A program made the translations under genes and the position numbers. Under the pieces are notes generated by a model. That model saw only the letters and a program-made list of their open reading frames with translations. It did not search any database and was not told the origin of the DNA. From Blastocystis sp. Blastoise (taxonomy: Eukaryota; Protista; Bigyra: Opalinata), in contig JBBPEB010000006.1 of NCBI GenBank assembly GCA_039096225.1, forward strand, positions 1,178,001-1,242,000: a stretch of DNA of 64,000 nt, read 5' to 3'. Each line of letters opens with the position of its first letter. Position 1 is the stretch's first letter. Shown one piece after another: positions 1-13,985 of the stretch.

Positions 1-63
1 AAATTCATCATTTCCACCTCCTTCTTCTCCTCTTACTCCTACATCTTCACCATCTTCTCCTTC
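1..63 (-). CDS. Partial acidic/Gly-rich exon of a gene running off the left edge (EGEDGEDVGVRGEEGGGNDEF)
   Basis: An open purine-rich frame on the minus strand follows a TATAATTAG acceptor. The putative upstream micro-exon (ATG near 142) has an in-frame TAA, so the start is unresolved. Confidence 0.35.
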
Positions 64-360
64 CTAATTATATATATATATATTGATTGTTTATTTTATT
101 CATCATATATAAACATATAACTTATTCTTTTATTTGTGACATTATTTATTTTTTAAATATATTTTTGAATACATAATTTGTTTTCATTTGTTAATTATAT
201 TTATTTAAATAAATATATTTTTCTTTTTATGTTTTTTATTTGAATAATTATTATCACCTTTTCTTTTTTTATTTTTTTTTTAATTATTCAATTTTCCAAT
301 GGATATCTATCATTATTTTTTCATATATAATATATATTATATAATATATAATATATATGT

Positions 361-430
361 AATGTTTTCCTTATTTATGTTTTCCTTATTTATGTTTTCC
401 TTATTTATGTTTTCCTTATTTATGTTTTCC
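361..430. repeat. 15-bp tandem repeat (TTATTTATGTTTTCC), about 4.5 copies, intergenic
   Basis: Directly visible. Confidence 0.85.
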
Positions 431-1753
431 TCTATCTACAGTTTCATAACAAATAATTCTTTGTACAAATAATGTATTATTTTTATGCCTATATTCATCT
501 TTTATAATTAACTTCATTAATATATATATATTTTTTTACTTTAACATTTTTTCCTTTCCTTTTTTTTTTGCATTATAACTGTTTTTTTCCTTGTACTAAA
601 GACTATTACTTATACTATAAATTCTTTTTTTTCAATACTATTGTTACAAATATTATTAATAATATATATATATACTATATTTTTATATTTAATGCGAATT
701 TTATTTATTCATTTTATAAGATCACTTATGAATATTTTATATACTATTCATAACATAATTCATAATACAATTAAAGTACAAAATTTTTAATACATTTATG
801 TATGTATTTATAAAAGAATTTTTATTGTTATGATTTTCTATTTGTCTTATCACCTCCAATAACTATATATATATATATGTTTTTTTTCTTATATACAGTT
901 TAAAAAATTGTTTGCTTTTAATTATTCATAATTTTTTTTGTAAATTTTTACTAATATTTTTTAATTACTTATTTTCATATTTATGTGCACAATATATTTT
1001 TATTTTTATTGTCATAAATATATATATATATATATGAAATTATTTCTATTTTTTAATGGTCCTCACTTTTTATATATATTATACATTTTTTTATTACCCT
1101 ATGTCTATACTCTGTTCTTAGTATATACTGTTGTTAGTATATGTTCTTTTACACAACTATATTGCTATTTTCTATTTTTTTTTGCATTTTATTTCTGATT
1201 GCATTTTACATTTTTTTTTTTAGTTTTGTTTCAATTTTTCAAGTAGTATTATGATATATATTCATTAATTATTGAATACATTTCTTTTTTAGAATATCAA
1301 TGAATATTTTATTTGTATTTATTATATGATATATTATTGACTTATATAGATAATATAGTTTCAACTGGAGACTCTCTTAAATACATTCCTTTCATTTACA
1401 GTCTTTTAAAGGTTTTTTTATTATTATAATATGTATACATATATTTTTTTTAATTGTTCATACAATTTCTATAATAAAAGGACTTAAGATTTAAAATAGA
1501 ATACTATAATTGAATAATGTTGATACTCTTATATAGTGGACAAGAAGATAATTTTAATTATTTTTTAATACAAAATGTATTTTGAATATACTATAATTCG
1601 AATTAATTATTGTAATAAGAAAAATTTATGAGAATTTAATATTCTTTTAAAGAAATGATAGTTTGTTGAGTAATTGTTTGTATTATAAATAATTAATGAC
1701 AAAAAATAAAAATAATGATAATAAAAATTAAATAAAAATAACTTTTTTATAAA

Positions 1754-2232
1754 TTAAAAAATATTATTAAAAGTTGTCCATACTTCATAATCATCTATTA
1801 TAAATTGATTTATCGAGTTACTATCTTTTGTATTGACAAATAAAGATGATTTTTGAGAAGTAGTGACTGTATCATAATAATTTGCATAACAATATGAATT
1901 ATTATCCGTGTGGCAATTATCACATATACATAAATCAGTATGTCCTATACCAAATATTGGACCATAAGAAGAAGAACAAAGAATAGCAGCACTTTTATCA
2001 TTATTTGTATAATCATATTTAGTAGGAGGAATATTATACTCATTACTTAAAGTAAATAGAAATTCTTTAGAGTAGGATTTCTTTTCACATGAACTATCCC
2101 AATTTTGATCTGTATATCCACCAAATATATTAATATGATTATTATGACCTATATGCTTGATAAGAGTCACTGTTTCTCTTTTATTATCACAATATTTATG
2201 GAATTCACTTGCTTTGTATTCATGTTCACTTG

Positions 2233-2269
<37 letters not shown>

Positions 2270-3635
2270 CAAAATATATATACCTAAATAATAATTCCCA
2301 TTGTTTTTCTTTACCAATCCATTCATTAAGAATATTCATATAATTACTATTACCATTTAAAATAATACTATTCACAAAACTCGTATTCTTTGAAATAGAA
2401 TAATGAATTGAATCACTTTTTGAATAATTTATATTTTTGATAGAAGATTCTGCAAACATAATATTATGAATTATTGTCTTAATTGTACTAATCCAAGTGG
2501 AACTATTATTCATAATAGTTTCCATCTGATCATTAATAGAAGGTAGGGTTTTAATTTGTTCTAAAATATCCATTTGATTTTTATGATAAAGCTTTGTATT
2601 AACAATAACATTTGTACTATTCACTTTAATTTCATCTATATCATAATATAATTGGTTATTATTATTAATTATTTGATTAGTATTTTCTTTTATCATTTTA
2701 TTATCACTAGATACACGATTTATATTATATTTCATTTGCTCATTATCACTAATCAATTGTTTATTATCAGAAATTATTTGATTTATATCATTTATCATTT
2801 GACTAGTTTCATCTTTAATTTGCTTATTATCATTAATAATTTGATTAATATCATTTTGTAGCATTTTATTATCATGTAGTACTTGCTTATTTTTAAGAAT
2901 TAATTGATCTATATCGTTTCTCAACTGCTTATCATTGTCTGAGTTTTGTTTTTCATTTTCTTTTAGATCTCTTACTTTACCAATATCTTGTTTTATCACA
3001 CAAATAGTATTCATTTGCTTTTCACTTGTACACTTTAAAAACTGCAAGTTATCTTTCATTTGAACATTTTCATCATTTTGTTTCTTTATAACCATCTTCA
3101 ATTCATTATTACTACTTGATAATTGACGAATCTCACTTGCCATAGAATCTATTTTACCAAGTAATTGGGCTACACTATTAGTTAATATATTCATTTTATT
3201 GTTTATATTAGTTATTTCATTCTTCATATATCTTATATCATCAATAGGACCATTAGAATCATCATTTTCATCAGAAAAAGTATTCAATTTATTAATTAAT
3301 TGATCAGGAATTTCAACTTGATAATACTCAAAGTCATCTTTCAATTCTTCAAGTTCTTTCTTTGATTTTAAATCAAGATAAATCGGTCTTCCATTCATAT
3401 ATTCAAGAATCAAATCAATGTTTCGATCGTTATTTCCTATATATACAGCATTCTTAGTAGGGATAAATGAAGTTAACCATGATTTATAAAAGAAACTATC
3501 ATTCCAAAGAATCTTAAGTCTTTCCACAGAAATACTACAACGTAATTTATCATTATCACCAAAGAAAACAACATATGAATCATCAACAAGAGTGGCACTT
3601 TCTACATTTTTTTCTTTTTCCAAATTACGAACCAT
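1754..3635 (-). CDS. TLDc-domain protein with BTB/POZ-like N-terminus and central coiled coil; 2 exons (intron 2235-2283)
   Basis: Splicing gives WELLFR|ASEH-EFHKYCDNK-IFGGYT-FLFTL-YGPIFG-DYEVW (TLDc motifs). The N-terminal LILEYMNG...LKDDFEYYQV is BTB-like. Confidence 0.85.
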
Positions 3636-4203
3636 TTTCTTCTTTTTTATTTATAAAAGATAAATAAAAAATGAAATAGAATTTATTCCAAATTTTTTTC
3701 AGTTTTTTTTCTCAGTTTTTTTATATATTGTAATTACTGTTTTTGAAATTTTTTGTATTTTTAAGATGAGTAACGATTACATTGATTCTCCTAATGCTAT
3801 ATTTATAAATCTAAATACTAAAATACATACATTTTTCATAATCATATAGCAAGAATCATGTTAAACGTGTCTTAAATGCTAAACATATATATATTTTGAT
3901 GCATTTAATCTACGCTTAAAGGAAATATAGATCATTTTCATAAATTTTTACCTAATGTATTCTATATTTAATCAAGTAGATAATAATATTTGTGACCACA
4001 CTAAATTATAACATTAGCATCTAATTTGGACAATGCAGAAAATCAATAAAAACGTAATGACTCCTATTTAAATAGAATTTAAGATTGTTTAACAAAATAA
4101 AACAAAATGCTTTTGTAAAAACACGGGAAACAAACAGATTGTCACTATAAAATGAAATATTTCACCATGACACACCTAGCTTTTCTTTCATTATTATTAA
4201 AAA

Positions 4204-6132
4204 ATGACTGCAACAGATTCACGATTTGATGTTAGTCAGCTTAGTCGTTTGAAGGACGATATCATTGTGTATGAGGAATTGTTAAAAGATGTGATTACAA
4301 TGTTCTCTTCAATAATGAATCTCTGTATTCATTCAGAAATGTCAATCACAAGACTTGCTAAGAATCTAAACAATGACTTTATAAGAAAAGAAGATCAAGA
4401 TAGTGAATTATTTGAAAATACTATTTCCAAAATGAAGAATCAAGATAATTTGAGTCAGTCTAAGAATAAGGATGATTCTTGTAATGATAAGACTATGGAT
4501 CTTATTCGTTTTACAAATACTGGTCCAATTTTCCAGTTTTCAAAGAAGATTTTGGATTCTATTGAAGGTTCGTTTATTTATGAACAGCGTGATGAAGAAT
4601 TAAGAACAGATGATGGAACGATTTTTCTTAATTATATGGGAAATGATGGATATACTTATTATTTAGCGCAATATTTAGTTGGTGATCAAGTTTATTTTGA
4701 ACAGTTAGACTATAAAGACAAATTGCAATTAATAGATTTATTTGAATTTTGTGAATTAGCTCTTCCTTGTGATTTGGTTTTTGCTCGTGAACGACGAAAT
4801 AGACCAACAAAAGTATATTATGACGATGCTGATAATATTCAGTTGATTGTTAATGGTGTTAAGAATGATTCTCTCCTAGAATTTTTAGAAGATAACTCAT
4901 TATGGGATTGATTTATAATGAATTATAAACATGGATATATTAGTTATGATCATGATAATGATTCTTATTTTATTGATATGAAATGTGAATATATTAAATA
5001 TATAAATCAATATATTGAAAATAGATGTATTGATATAAAGCCAGATGAATATAAGAGTATTGAAAAAGATCGATTAAACTATGAAATGTATACATTATTT
5101 GGTAAATGTGGTTACTATGAAGTTCATAAAGAGTTGAATGAAAGAATAAAAGTATTTACTAATTCTAAAATAATTACTAATAGATATTATGAAAATGCAT
5201 TACTTAATTGGCTTGGGATTGAAACTACATGGAGATTATTATTTAGGTATATTATACTTATTATATTATTATTATACTTATTATACTTATTATTATACTT
5301 ATTATACTTATTATTATACTTATTATATTATTATTATATTTATTATACTTATTATATTTATTATATTTATTATATTTATTATATTTATTATATTTATTAT
5401 ATTTATTATATTTATTATAATTATTATATTTATTATATTTATTATTTTTATTATATTTATTATATTTATTATATTTATTATACTTATTATACTTATTATA
5501 CTTATTATATTTATTATACTTATTATGGTTATTATATTTATTATATTTATTATATTTATTATATTTATTATTAAATAGAGCAAGTGAGCATAATTATTCT
5601 GCAGAAGAATTCCATAAATATTGTGACAATAAAGGAGAAACAGTGACTATAATAACAAGTGTTGGCCAGAATAATCATGTAAATATATTTGGAGGATATA
5701 CAGATCAAAGTTGGGAATCTAGAACTGAAAATTGTATATATATATTATAATAGTTTTATATACTATTTATTCTATAATTCTATATATAAAATTATCTATA
5801 TATATAAAGGTTGGAAATCTTATTCTAAAGAATTTTTATTTACATTAAGTAATGAACATGATATTTCTCCTACTAAATATGATTTTGTTAGTAGTAACAC
5901 TGAGTATGGTATCGGCTGTAATTCTTCGTTTGGACCAAGATTTGGTCATGGATGTGATATAGCTATATATAATCATTGCCATACAAACAATAGATCGTAT
6001 TCACATGCTCTTTCTTTTGCACAAGTCAATACACCTCAAAAAAATACTTTATTTGTTAATTATCTTGATGAAAAGAATCAAAATCATTTTGTTGTTGATG
6101 ATTATGAAGTTTGGGGGATAGGTGTAGGCTGA
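4204..6132 (+). pseudogene. TLDc-domain paralogue (BTB-like N-terminus) with an in-frame TGA at 4909-4911; introns 5247-5578 and 5734-5809
   Basis: ORFs 4204-4911 and 4918 onward share a frame and are separated by one TGA. The spliced C-terminus has WRLLFR|ASEH...FGGYT...FGPRFG...DYEVWG. Confidence 0.6.
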
Positions 6133-6530
6133 GACTTTTACGACGACGCCATTAGTAATAATATATAATGGAATACTATATTTAGTTTTAGAGATATACT
6201 ATTTTTATTGAATTTTGTAATTTTAAATATATATATATATGTAATTATATGATTTTTATTTATTTGTTTGTTTTGGTTTATAATATAAAAATACACAAGA
6301 ATTAGTAAAGAATAGTTTTATATGCATAATTCACGTAAAAATACTTTAATGTTTTATGTATAAAGTAAAAATCGAGAAATAAATAGGACTAACAAAATAA
6401 ATCCGAATAGAATTAAAACAAACATAAATATATATAAAAAAATGAAAATAAATCAATAAAACAACAACAAAAAAGGAATGATATATAGAAGCATGGAAAA
6501 ATAATATATATATATATATATATTTATATA

Positions 6531-6633
6531 TTACTTTCTTAAATTATTTCCTAATTTGGCACCGCCTCCCTTAGCGAGTCCTTTCTTCACAGCTTGATTA
6601 ACAGTACGTTCTTGATCCTATATATATTTTATT

Positions 6634-6682
<49 letters not shown>

Positions 6683-6808
6683 TTCAAGCCATCCCATGAC
6701 TTCATGATATTTCTTTTCTCGTTCTTCTTCCATTTCATCAATATCTTTATTATGTAACTATATATATAATATTAATATATAGCAATAATAATAATAATAA
6801 TAAGTACC

Positions 6809-6844
<36 letters not shown>

Positions 6845-8612
6845 ATATCAATATATAGATTATCACGTTTAATTTCACGAGCAACAGCTTTTTCTTCAGA
6901 TTTCTTTTGTTTCTGAAGTAATTTCAACTATATATAATAAATATAATAAGCATAATAAGTATAATAAGTATAATAAGTATAATAATAAGTATAATAATAA
7001 GTATAAGTATAATAATAAGTATAATAAAAAGTTTATATATATATATATATATACTTGTACAAATTCCTTATTAGGATGTAATGAATGACCAGGCTGATAA
7101 TTCTCCATATAATTAGGAGTCTATATATATATAATAAGTATAATAATAATAATAATATATATATATATATATAATAAGTATAATAATAATAATATATACA
7201 AATGTTTTAGCTTCTTCAATTTTCGATTTAAAGGAGAACGTTTTACGAGTATCAACTGCATTTTGTATACTATTATATATTACATTAATAAATTGATCTT
7301 CAAGTTGAATACGAACAGCATCGTTAGCATGCGTTTGATTGTATTCCAATAGTGTTTTATATATTGGGAATACTATTTCAATAAGAATACCTTGATCTTG
7401 ATATACAGATAAACAACTCAATAAACATTTTAGTACTTGAATTTGAATAATCATTTTATAGGGTGCAGATGGTGATAATGAATTATTTAATAAGAATATA
7501 GGCATTTTATTATCAATAAAAGTATCCAGTTTGTCGTTAACGGGTAACGCTGCGTCATCATAAATCCAGCTTAGAGAATCATCTATATATAATAATAATA
7601 ATTATTATTATTATATATATAATAATATATATATATATACTTATAAATACATGAAGTTGATCTTTTTTACCAGCAAATCTATTTATAATTAAATAATACT
7701 AATAAACATATATATAGATATATACATATAATTGATAATAGTATAAAGAAGAGCAGTTGCTTCTGGTATATAGTGACCAGAAATCGTCATATATTCGTGG
7801 GAAATAGAGAGAGAAAATAAGGCGAGAAGAAGTGACTGAGGAGTTGTAATAGGACAACTTATTAATAACTATATATATATATAAGAATAGTAAATAGTGT
7901 ATTATAAAAATAGTATAAAAATAAATAAAATGATTATATATATATATAAGAATAGTGAATAATAGAATATAAAAATAATATAAAAAAAGTATAAATATAA
8001 ATATATATATATATATATATACTTGTGCTAATGAAGTGACAATAGGAGTAAGAATAGCATGTTTATAATCAGTAGGAGGATATACAGAGAAAGAAAGATA
8101 TATATCTAATAAGATAGATAATGGCGGATATCCTGATTTATTCTTTATACACTATATATATATATTATACTTATTATATATTATATATATAATATTTCAT
8201 ATATATTATTTATATATTTTTTAATAAAAAAAGTCTTTTAAAACAATAATAATAAAAATAAATAAATAAATAAATAATATACTTCTAATAGAATTCTCCT
8301 TATTTCTTGAGTTTTTTGTCTCCAGATACGATCAATGCCTTCAATTATATGTTTATCATTAGACATTTCTTCAATAGATTTCTCTATTTGTTTTAAACCT
8401 TCTATATATATACTTATATCTTCTTTAGTAGTAGAATAACCTTGCGAATCTTCAGAAATAGAGTCAGAATTGAATATTTCTAAATCTTCTTTAGATAAAT
8501 ATTCTTTAGGAATCGTAATAGCCATAGAATAATATTCATAACAACGTAACACCATTTGATAAAACTATATATATTATTGATTATTATTATTATAATAATA
8601 ATAATAATAATA

Positions 8613-8653
<41 letters not shown>

Positions 8654-10459
8654 CACTTAGTCAATATATATATATATATATACATTAATAAGTTTTCCTT
8701 TATTATCAGCACTATTATATATATTATTAGATACACGGACACGATGTATATATTCATATTCTTGTCCACGATAACGATATAAACAATCTAACATATCACT
8801 AACATTAGATGGGAAAGCAATAATAAATGGCATTTCTTTTTCAGCAGCAGCCATTCGTTGTTTTCGTTGACGTTTCTCTTCTAATTCTTTCTGTAATAGC
8901 TATATATAATAATATATATAACATATAATAAATATTAAATAATAAATAACATATAATAAATAATATATAATTAAAATAAATATATACATCCATTCTAGAT
9001 TGTTTTGCTTCATTTATTTTATTAATTTCATCTTGCTTCGATTTCTCTTTCAATAATTTCATTACTTGATCTTCATTCAATTCATAAGTATCCCCGCGAT
9101 TATTATCATCTTCATCTTCAGAGTTATTTTCTTCTTCTTCTTCTTCTTCTTCTTCTGAAATCATATCATTATCACCATATAAACTATCTCCATTTAATAT
9201 ATTTAATCCTTTTTTATCACTTTCTTCTTCTTCTTCTTCTTCTTCTATATCCATTTTATTCATATTTTCATCATCTTCTTCATCTAATTCATCACTACTA
9301 TGCTCTTCTTCTTCATCTTTCTTCTCATCTTCATCTAATTCCTATATATATAGATATATATATGAAGATATTAATATAAAAGAATAATCCATTCATAATA
9401 TTAAAGAATATGATTAATATATATATACATAGTTTTCTTCAAGATCATCACCTCCTTCAATAATTTTATTATCAGCATCAACATAAGCACCTTGCATTCG
9501 TTTGATTCGCTCTTCTTCTAACTTCTTTAAACGATTGTGTTCTTCTTTTAACTCTATATATATGAATAATAAAGAATAATTAATAGAATATTAAATAGAA
9601 TAATAAATAATAATTAATATAATATTAATAATAATAAATATAATATAAATAATAATAATAAATATGATATTAAAAATAATAAATAAATACCTTCTTCTTC
9701 AGTCTTCTTACGTTGTGACGCCGCACCTTTTATTTCAGAAACGAGGGATTTTGTAACGGTATCATAATCTTTATAAGCTCCGTCATCAACAGATTTATTT
9801 TCAAATTTATTTCTAAAAGATAATAAATTTTGTAATTCTTCAATTCCTTCATCCAATTTATTAATTTCTTCGTCGACTTTAGCTTTTTCACGTTGTCTCT
9901 CTTCTTTATATTGTTTACTTTTATTAATAATTTCCATCATAATTTCTTTATGTGTTTTCGGTTTATCTCTAGATTCTCCTTCAAATTCTCCTTCTCCCGC
10001 GGGAATATTCTTAGTACGTTCATAATATTCATTCATTTCCTTTTCCATATCTAATGAATCTTCACTATCGTCAGAATCATTCACATCTTTCATAGCTAAT
10101 TTCCATTGTTTTTCAACTATAAAGAGTATATTATAGTATATTTTAATTTATATTATGTGATATATGTTATTATATATATAATAAAACTACTATACTATAA
10201 TATTATATAATATTTCTATAGAGAAAAATAATAATAAATAGTATAGCCACTAATATATATATATAAATATATATATATACAATTCAATTCTTCTCCCTCA
10301 TGTGTCAATTGATCATCATCATTATCCGCTAAAGCAAAACGATTCTTCTTTAATTGCTTCTTACGCTATATATAATAACAATTATTATATTATTATTATT
10401 ATTTAACAATATTATTATTTAATATTTTAATAATAATATAATTAATATTAATATCTCAG

Positions 10460-10495
<36 letters not shown>

Positions 10496-11055
10496 TACTT
10501 CTGCTTGAAGTCTTTTAATTAATTTATCTTCAGCACTTATAGAAGCATCATTCTCTCCAAAACGTCTATATTATATAATAATAACAACAATAAACAAAAT
10601 ATAATACTAATAAAACCAACAAAATATAATAATAAAACAAAAACAAAAACAACTTACCGATCTTTAAATAAATTCTTGTTAGATTCATGATGATATTGAG
10701 ATTCTAATTCCGTTTGGCGTTGAGTTAAAGCTTTATTCTTAGCAATAACAAGATTTCTCGTACGACCTTTTACATTTCTACCAGCAATACTAGAGATTCA
10801 CATAAAATTAAAATGAATATAGAATATTAACAACAAATGAAGTATACTTTTGATGAAGATTTTTGTTCTTTTTTATTTCAAAAGGATTCTTCGATAACCT
10901 ATATAATTCAGATCATATTTTAAATAAAAAAGAATAATACTTCTCAATTTTAGATTCCTTTAATTGAGGTCTATTAGTACGCATCTAAAAAATAAAATGG
11001 TTTCGACACTCATATATACCTTAGATGCTAATTGAGCTTTCTTTCCTTTAGGCAT
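6531..11055 (-). CDS. NOP14: Nucleolar protein 14 (SSU processome), multi-exon
   Basis: Spliced frame MPKGKK...NPFEIK...FKDRRFGEND...LTHEG...KPKTHKEIMMEIINKSKQYKEERQ...KAVAREIKRDN; all junctions checked are GT-AG. Confidence 0.9.
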
Positions 11056-11212
11056 TTTGATCTACAATATGTCTATGAAAAACAAAACAAAATATTCTGG
11101 TTTTCTTTGTTTTTTTATTTTTGTCGAATTCCCATGAAACTTCAATTTATAAAAGGCAGATTTTCTAATCTTCACAAAAGAATCATATTTATATTTTTTT
11201 TCGTTTTGATAA

Positions 11213-11363
11213 CCATAAAAACTCTGTTGGGGTTCATGTACATTAGCCATAGGCTTCCTTCCATCACCAGTCTACCGTAGAAAAATTTAATGGAACGGCT
11301 TGAGTCCCTAAAAAATAAAACTGACTCCTTTGAGAAATAGGGATCCCAAGAGAGTTTTTGTGG
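11213..11363 (+). other. Candidate structured element (about 23-bp imperfect terminal helix enclosing three small stems) in the NOP14/fucosyltransferase divergent spacer
   Basis: 11213-11235 CCATAAAAACTCTGTTGGGGTTC is complementary to 11341-11363 GGATCCCAAGAGAGTTTTTGTGG, with G-U pairs on the + strand. Confidence 0.4.
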
Positions 11364-11463
11364 CGAACTTAAGTTTGTTACTAAAATTTTTTCAATTTTT
11401 CAATAAAAGACCATTCTGCTTTTTGTCATTATTCTCTTCTGTCTCATAATTATTTAGTTGATT

Positions 11464-13136
11464 ATGATTGTTAACAAAGCGAAATTGGCGATTTGTTTAG
11501 GAATATCAATATTTGCTATCTGCTGGTATTCTATTATTGAGAAAACGATTCAGACAAACGTATATATATATAAATTGATGATCATTAGATTATTTATACC
11601 ATTTATTTTTCTTCAATTCTTAGAATAATCTCGAAAGGTCGCCAAACGTTTATTCAGGAAAACATATGTATGACTATAATTTTTTATATTTTATTTTAAT
11701 CATTTAAATTTATAAATAGTGTAAAAGAATTAAAAATTAATACAACCGATCGTATAAGTTCTGAAGAAATAATGAGAAGTAATACAAAGTCAGATGATAT
11801 TAAACAAGAAATAAACAAGAATAATACGAATATAATTAATTCTAATGAAATACTTAAAAATAATACAAAGGTAGATGTTATTAAACAAGAAATATTCAAA
11901 AATAATACAAATATTAATAATTCTAATGAAACAAACAAAAATAATACGAATATAATTAATTCTAATGAAATACTCAAAAATAATACAAATATAATTAATT
12001 CTAATGAAATACTCAAAAATAATACGAATATAATTAATTCTAATGAAATAAACAAAAATGATACGAATATAAATAATTCTAATGAAACAAACAAAAATAA
12101 TACGAATATAAATAATTCTAATGATTTGAAAGAGATTTTGGAATATAAAAATATGCCTATTTGTGATGAGACAGGAATATATGCATATACTATGGGCGGA
12201 TTAGGAAATCAAATTTTATTATATTTATTTGCATATGTTATTTCAATTGTTCATAAAATACCAGTTTATTATCCTTCTGATTCTGTATTTGAGAATTATT
12301 ATAATATAACATCATATTTCCCGGGTCATATAAATATATTTAAAGATACTCGTGAAACGGATCGTAAAGTCTTTTTAAATAAAGGAGAAGAACTAGTAAA
12401 TATTAATCCTTTTGAATCCTCTAGTCCTTTTATTCAATTATTAGATGAAAATAGAATATGTTCAACATATAAAAATAAAAAGATCATTTTAACTGGATTT
12501 GAAGATAGACATAATTTATTATATGAATTGAAATCATATCAAAAAATATTAAAACTATTTAATTTATATTCAGAATCTATCTATAAATTTATATATCCTC
12601 CTCCTATATATAAATTTGAAAATGAATTTTTATTAAAGAATGTAGTTATTAATAGCAAAGTTTCGAATCATATGTCAAAATTCTTTCCTGATTATAATAA
12701 AAAGCGTTTTTTAGGTGTTCATTTAAGATTTGGTGGTAAATATTCTGATTATAAAGATCCTGGTGATCGAATGTCTAATTTAGATCCAAATTATGTTACT
12801 AATTATATAGAAAGAGTATGTCAGAAAACAAATGAAACTTTAGTATATATTGCTTCTGATTCTACATTTATGAAGAATTATATAAAAGATCATATAACTA
12901 AAAATATCACAGTAATAACTGCACCTCTTGAAAAGATATTATCTTCTGATTTAGAATTAACAGGTAGAAAATCAAAATCAAATAGTGATTTAGATGCATT
13001 AAGTGAACTATATATAATAAGACATAGTTCAAATTGTATTGGTAGTAAATGGTCTAGTTATAGTCAGTTTGCATGTAGTAATATGGATCATGATGCATTT
13101 AGGATCACAAACGATGTTGATGAAAATATTATATAA
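11464..13136 (+). CDS. Type II membrane fucosyltransferase-like glycosyltransferase (alpha-1,2/1,6/O-FucT clan, GT11/GT23-like); 3 exons
   Basis: N-terminal TM anchor, repetitive stem, and motifs GGLGNQ, GVHLRFG, YIASDS, IGSKWSSYS. Confidence 0.8.
11810..12122 (+). repeat. Coding 39-bp tandem repeat (NNTNIINSNEILK-type) forming the fucosyltransferase stem
   Basis: About 7 degenerate units are visible in DNA and protein. Confidence 0.8.
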
Positions 13137-13985
13137 ATACATTTTTTAATTGAATATATATTTTATTATAGATATATTGTTTTATTATTCTTTCGTTTAT
13201 TTCTTTTTATGTTTGTTTTGTTATAAATAACTGTATTTGAGTTTTCAAAATTAATAAGTCACATAAAAAATGTATAAAAGGAAATAATGTAGTATATATT
13301 TTATCTAGTATTATATATAAAATAATCATTTATATAAGCTAAATAACTATTTTAAAAACATTAAGTACACTTAATGTATAATCATTTTAAATAATAATTT
13401 TTAATATTCAAAAAATGGAGTTACAAAGGAAATCTTTTGAATTAGGCAATTATGAAATAATAGATGAGAATTAAATAGGAATAATTTTTCTCTTTGAATT
13501 ATTTAAATATTTTTTAATATTTTTATATGCTTTCATTGAGTATTTATAGTAGAAAATAAAATAATGCAGATTGTTTTTTTTGTAGCATATTTCTGAACTC
13601 AGTTTTTAAATATAATGCATTGATTAATTCGTTGAGTTAAAAAAAGTAAGAAATATGGAGAATAAAGAATAGAATAATTTAGAGAATACTATTATTTTAA
13701 TTAATTAAAAATCATTATTCAAGTGTATATGATCTATATAAACTATTGATATATCTTTTAATAGAATAGAATCAAGTATAAAGAATCACTGAACAATGGA
13801 TATCTATAAATAAATATAAATATGTTCTTAATAAACTATAGATATCTCAAGTATTTCAAAGAAGAATATATTATGAATAAAGAAGAATTAAATAATTGAA
13901 AATAATAAATGAATATATTTTTAAAAGAAGTTTCTTTAAAAAAATAAAAAATATATTTCTAATTCATTTATTTCATTTATTTGAT

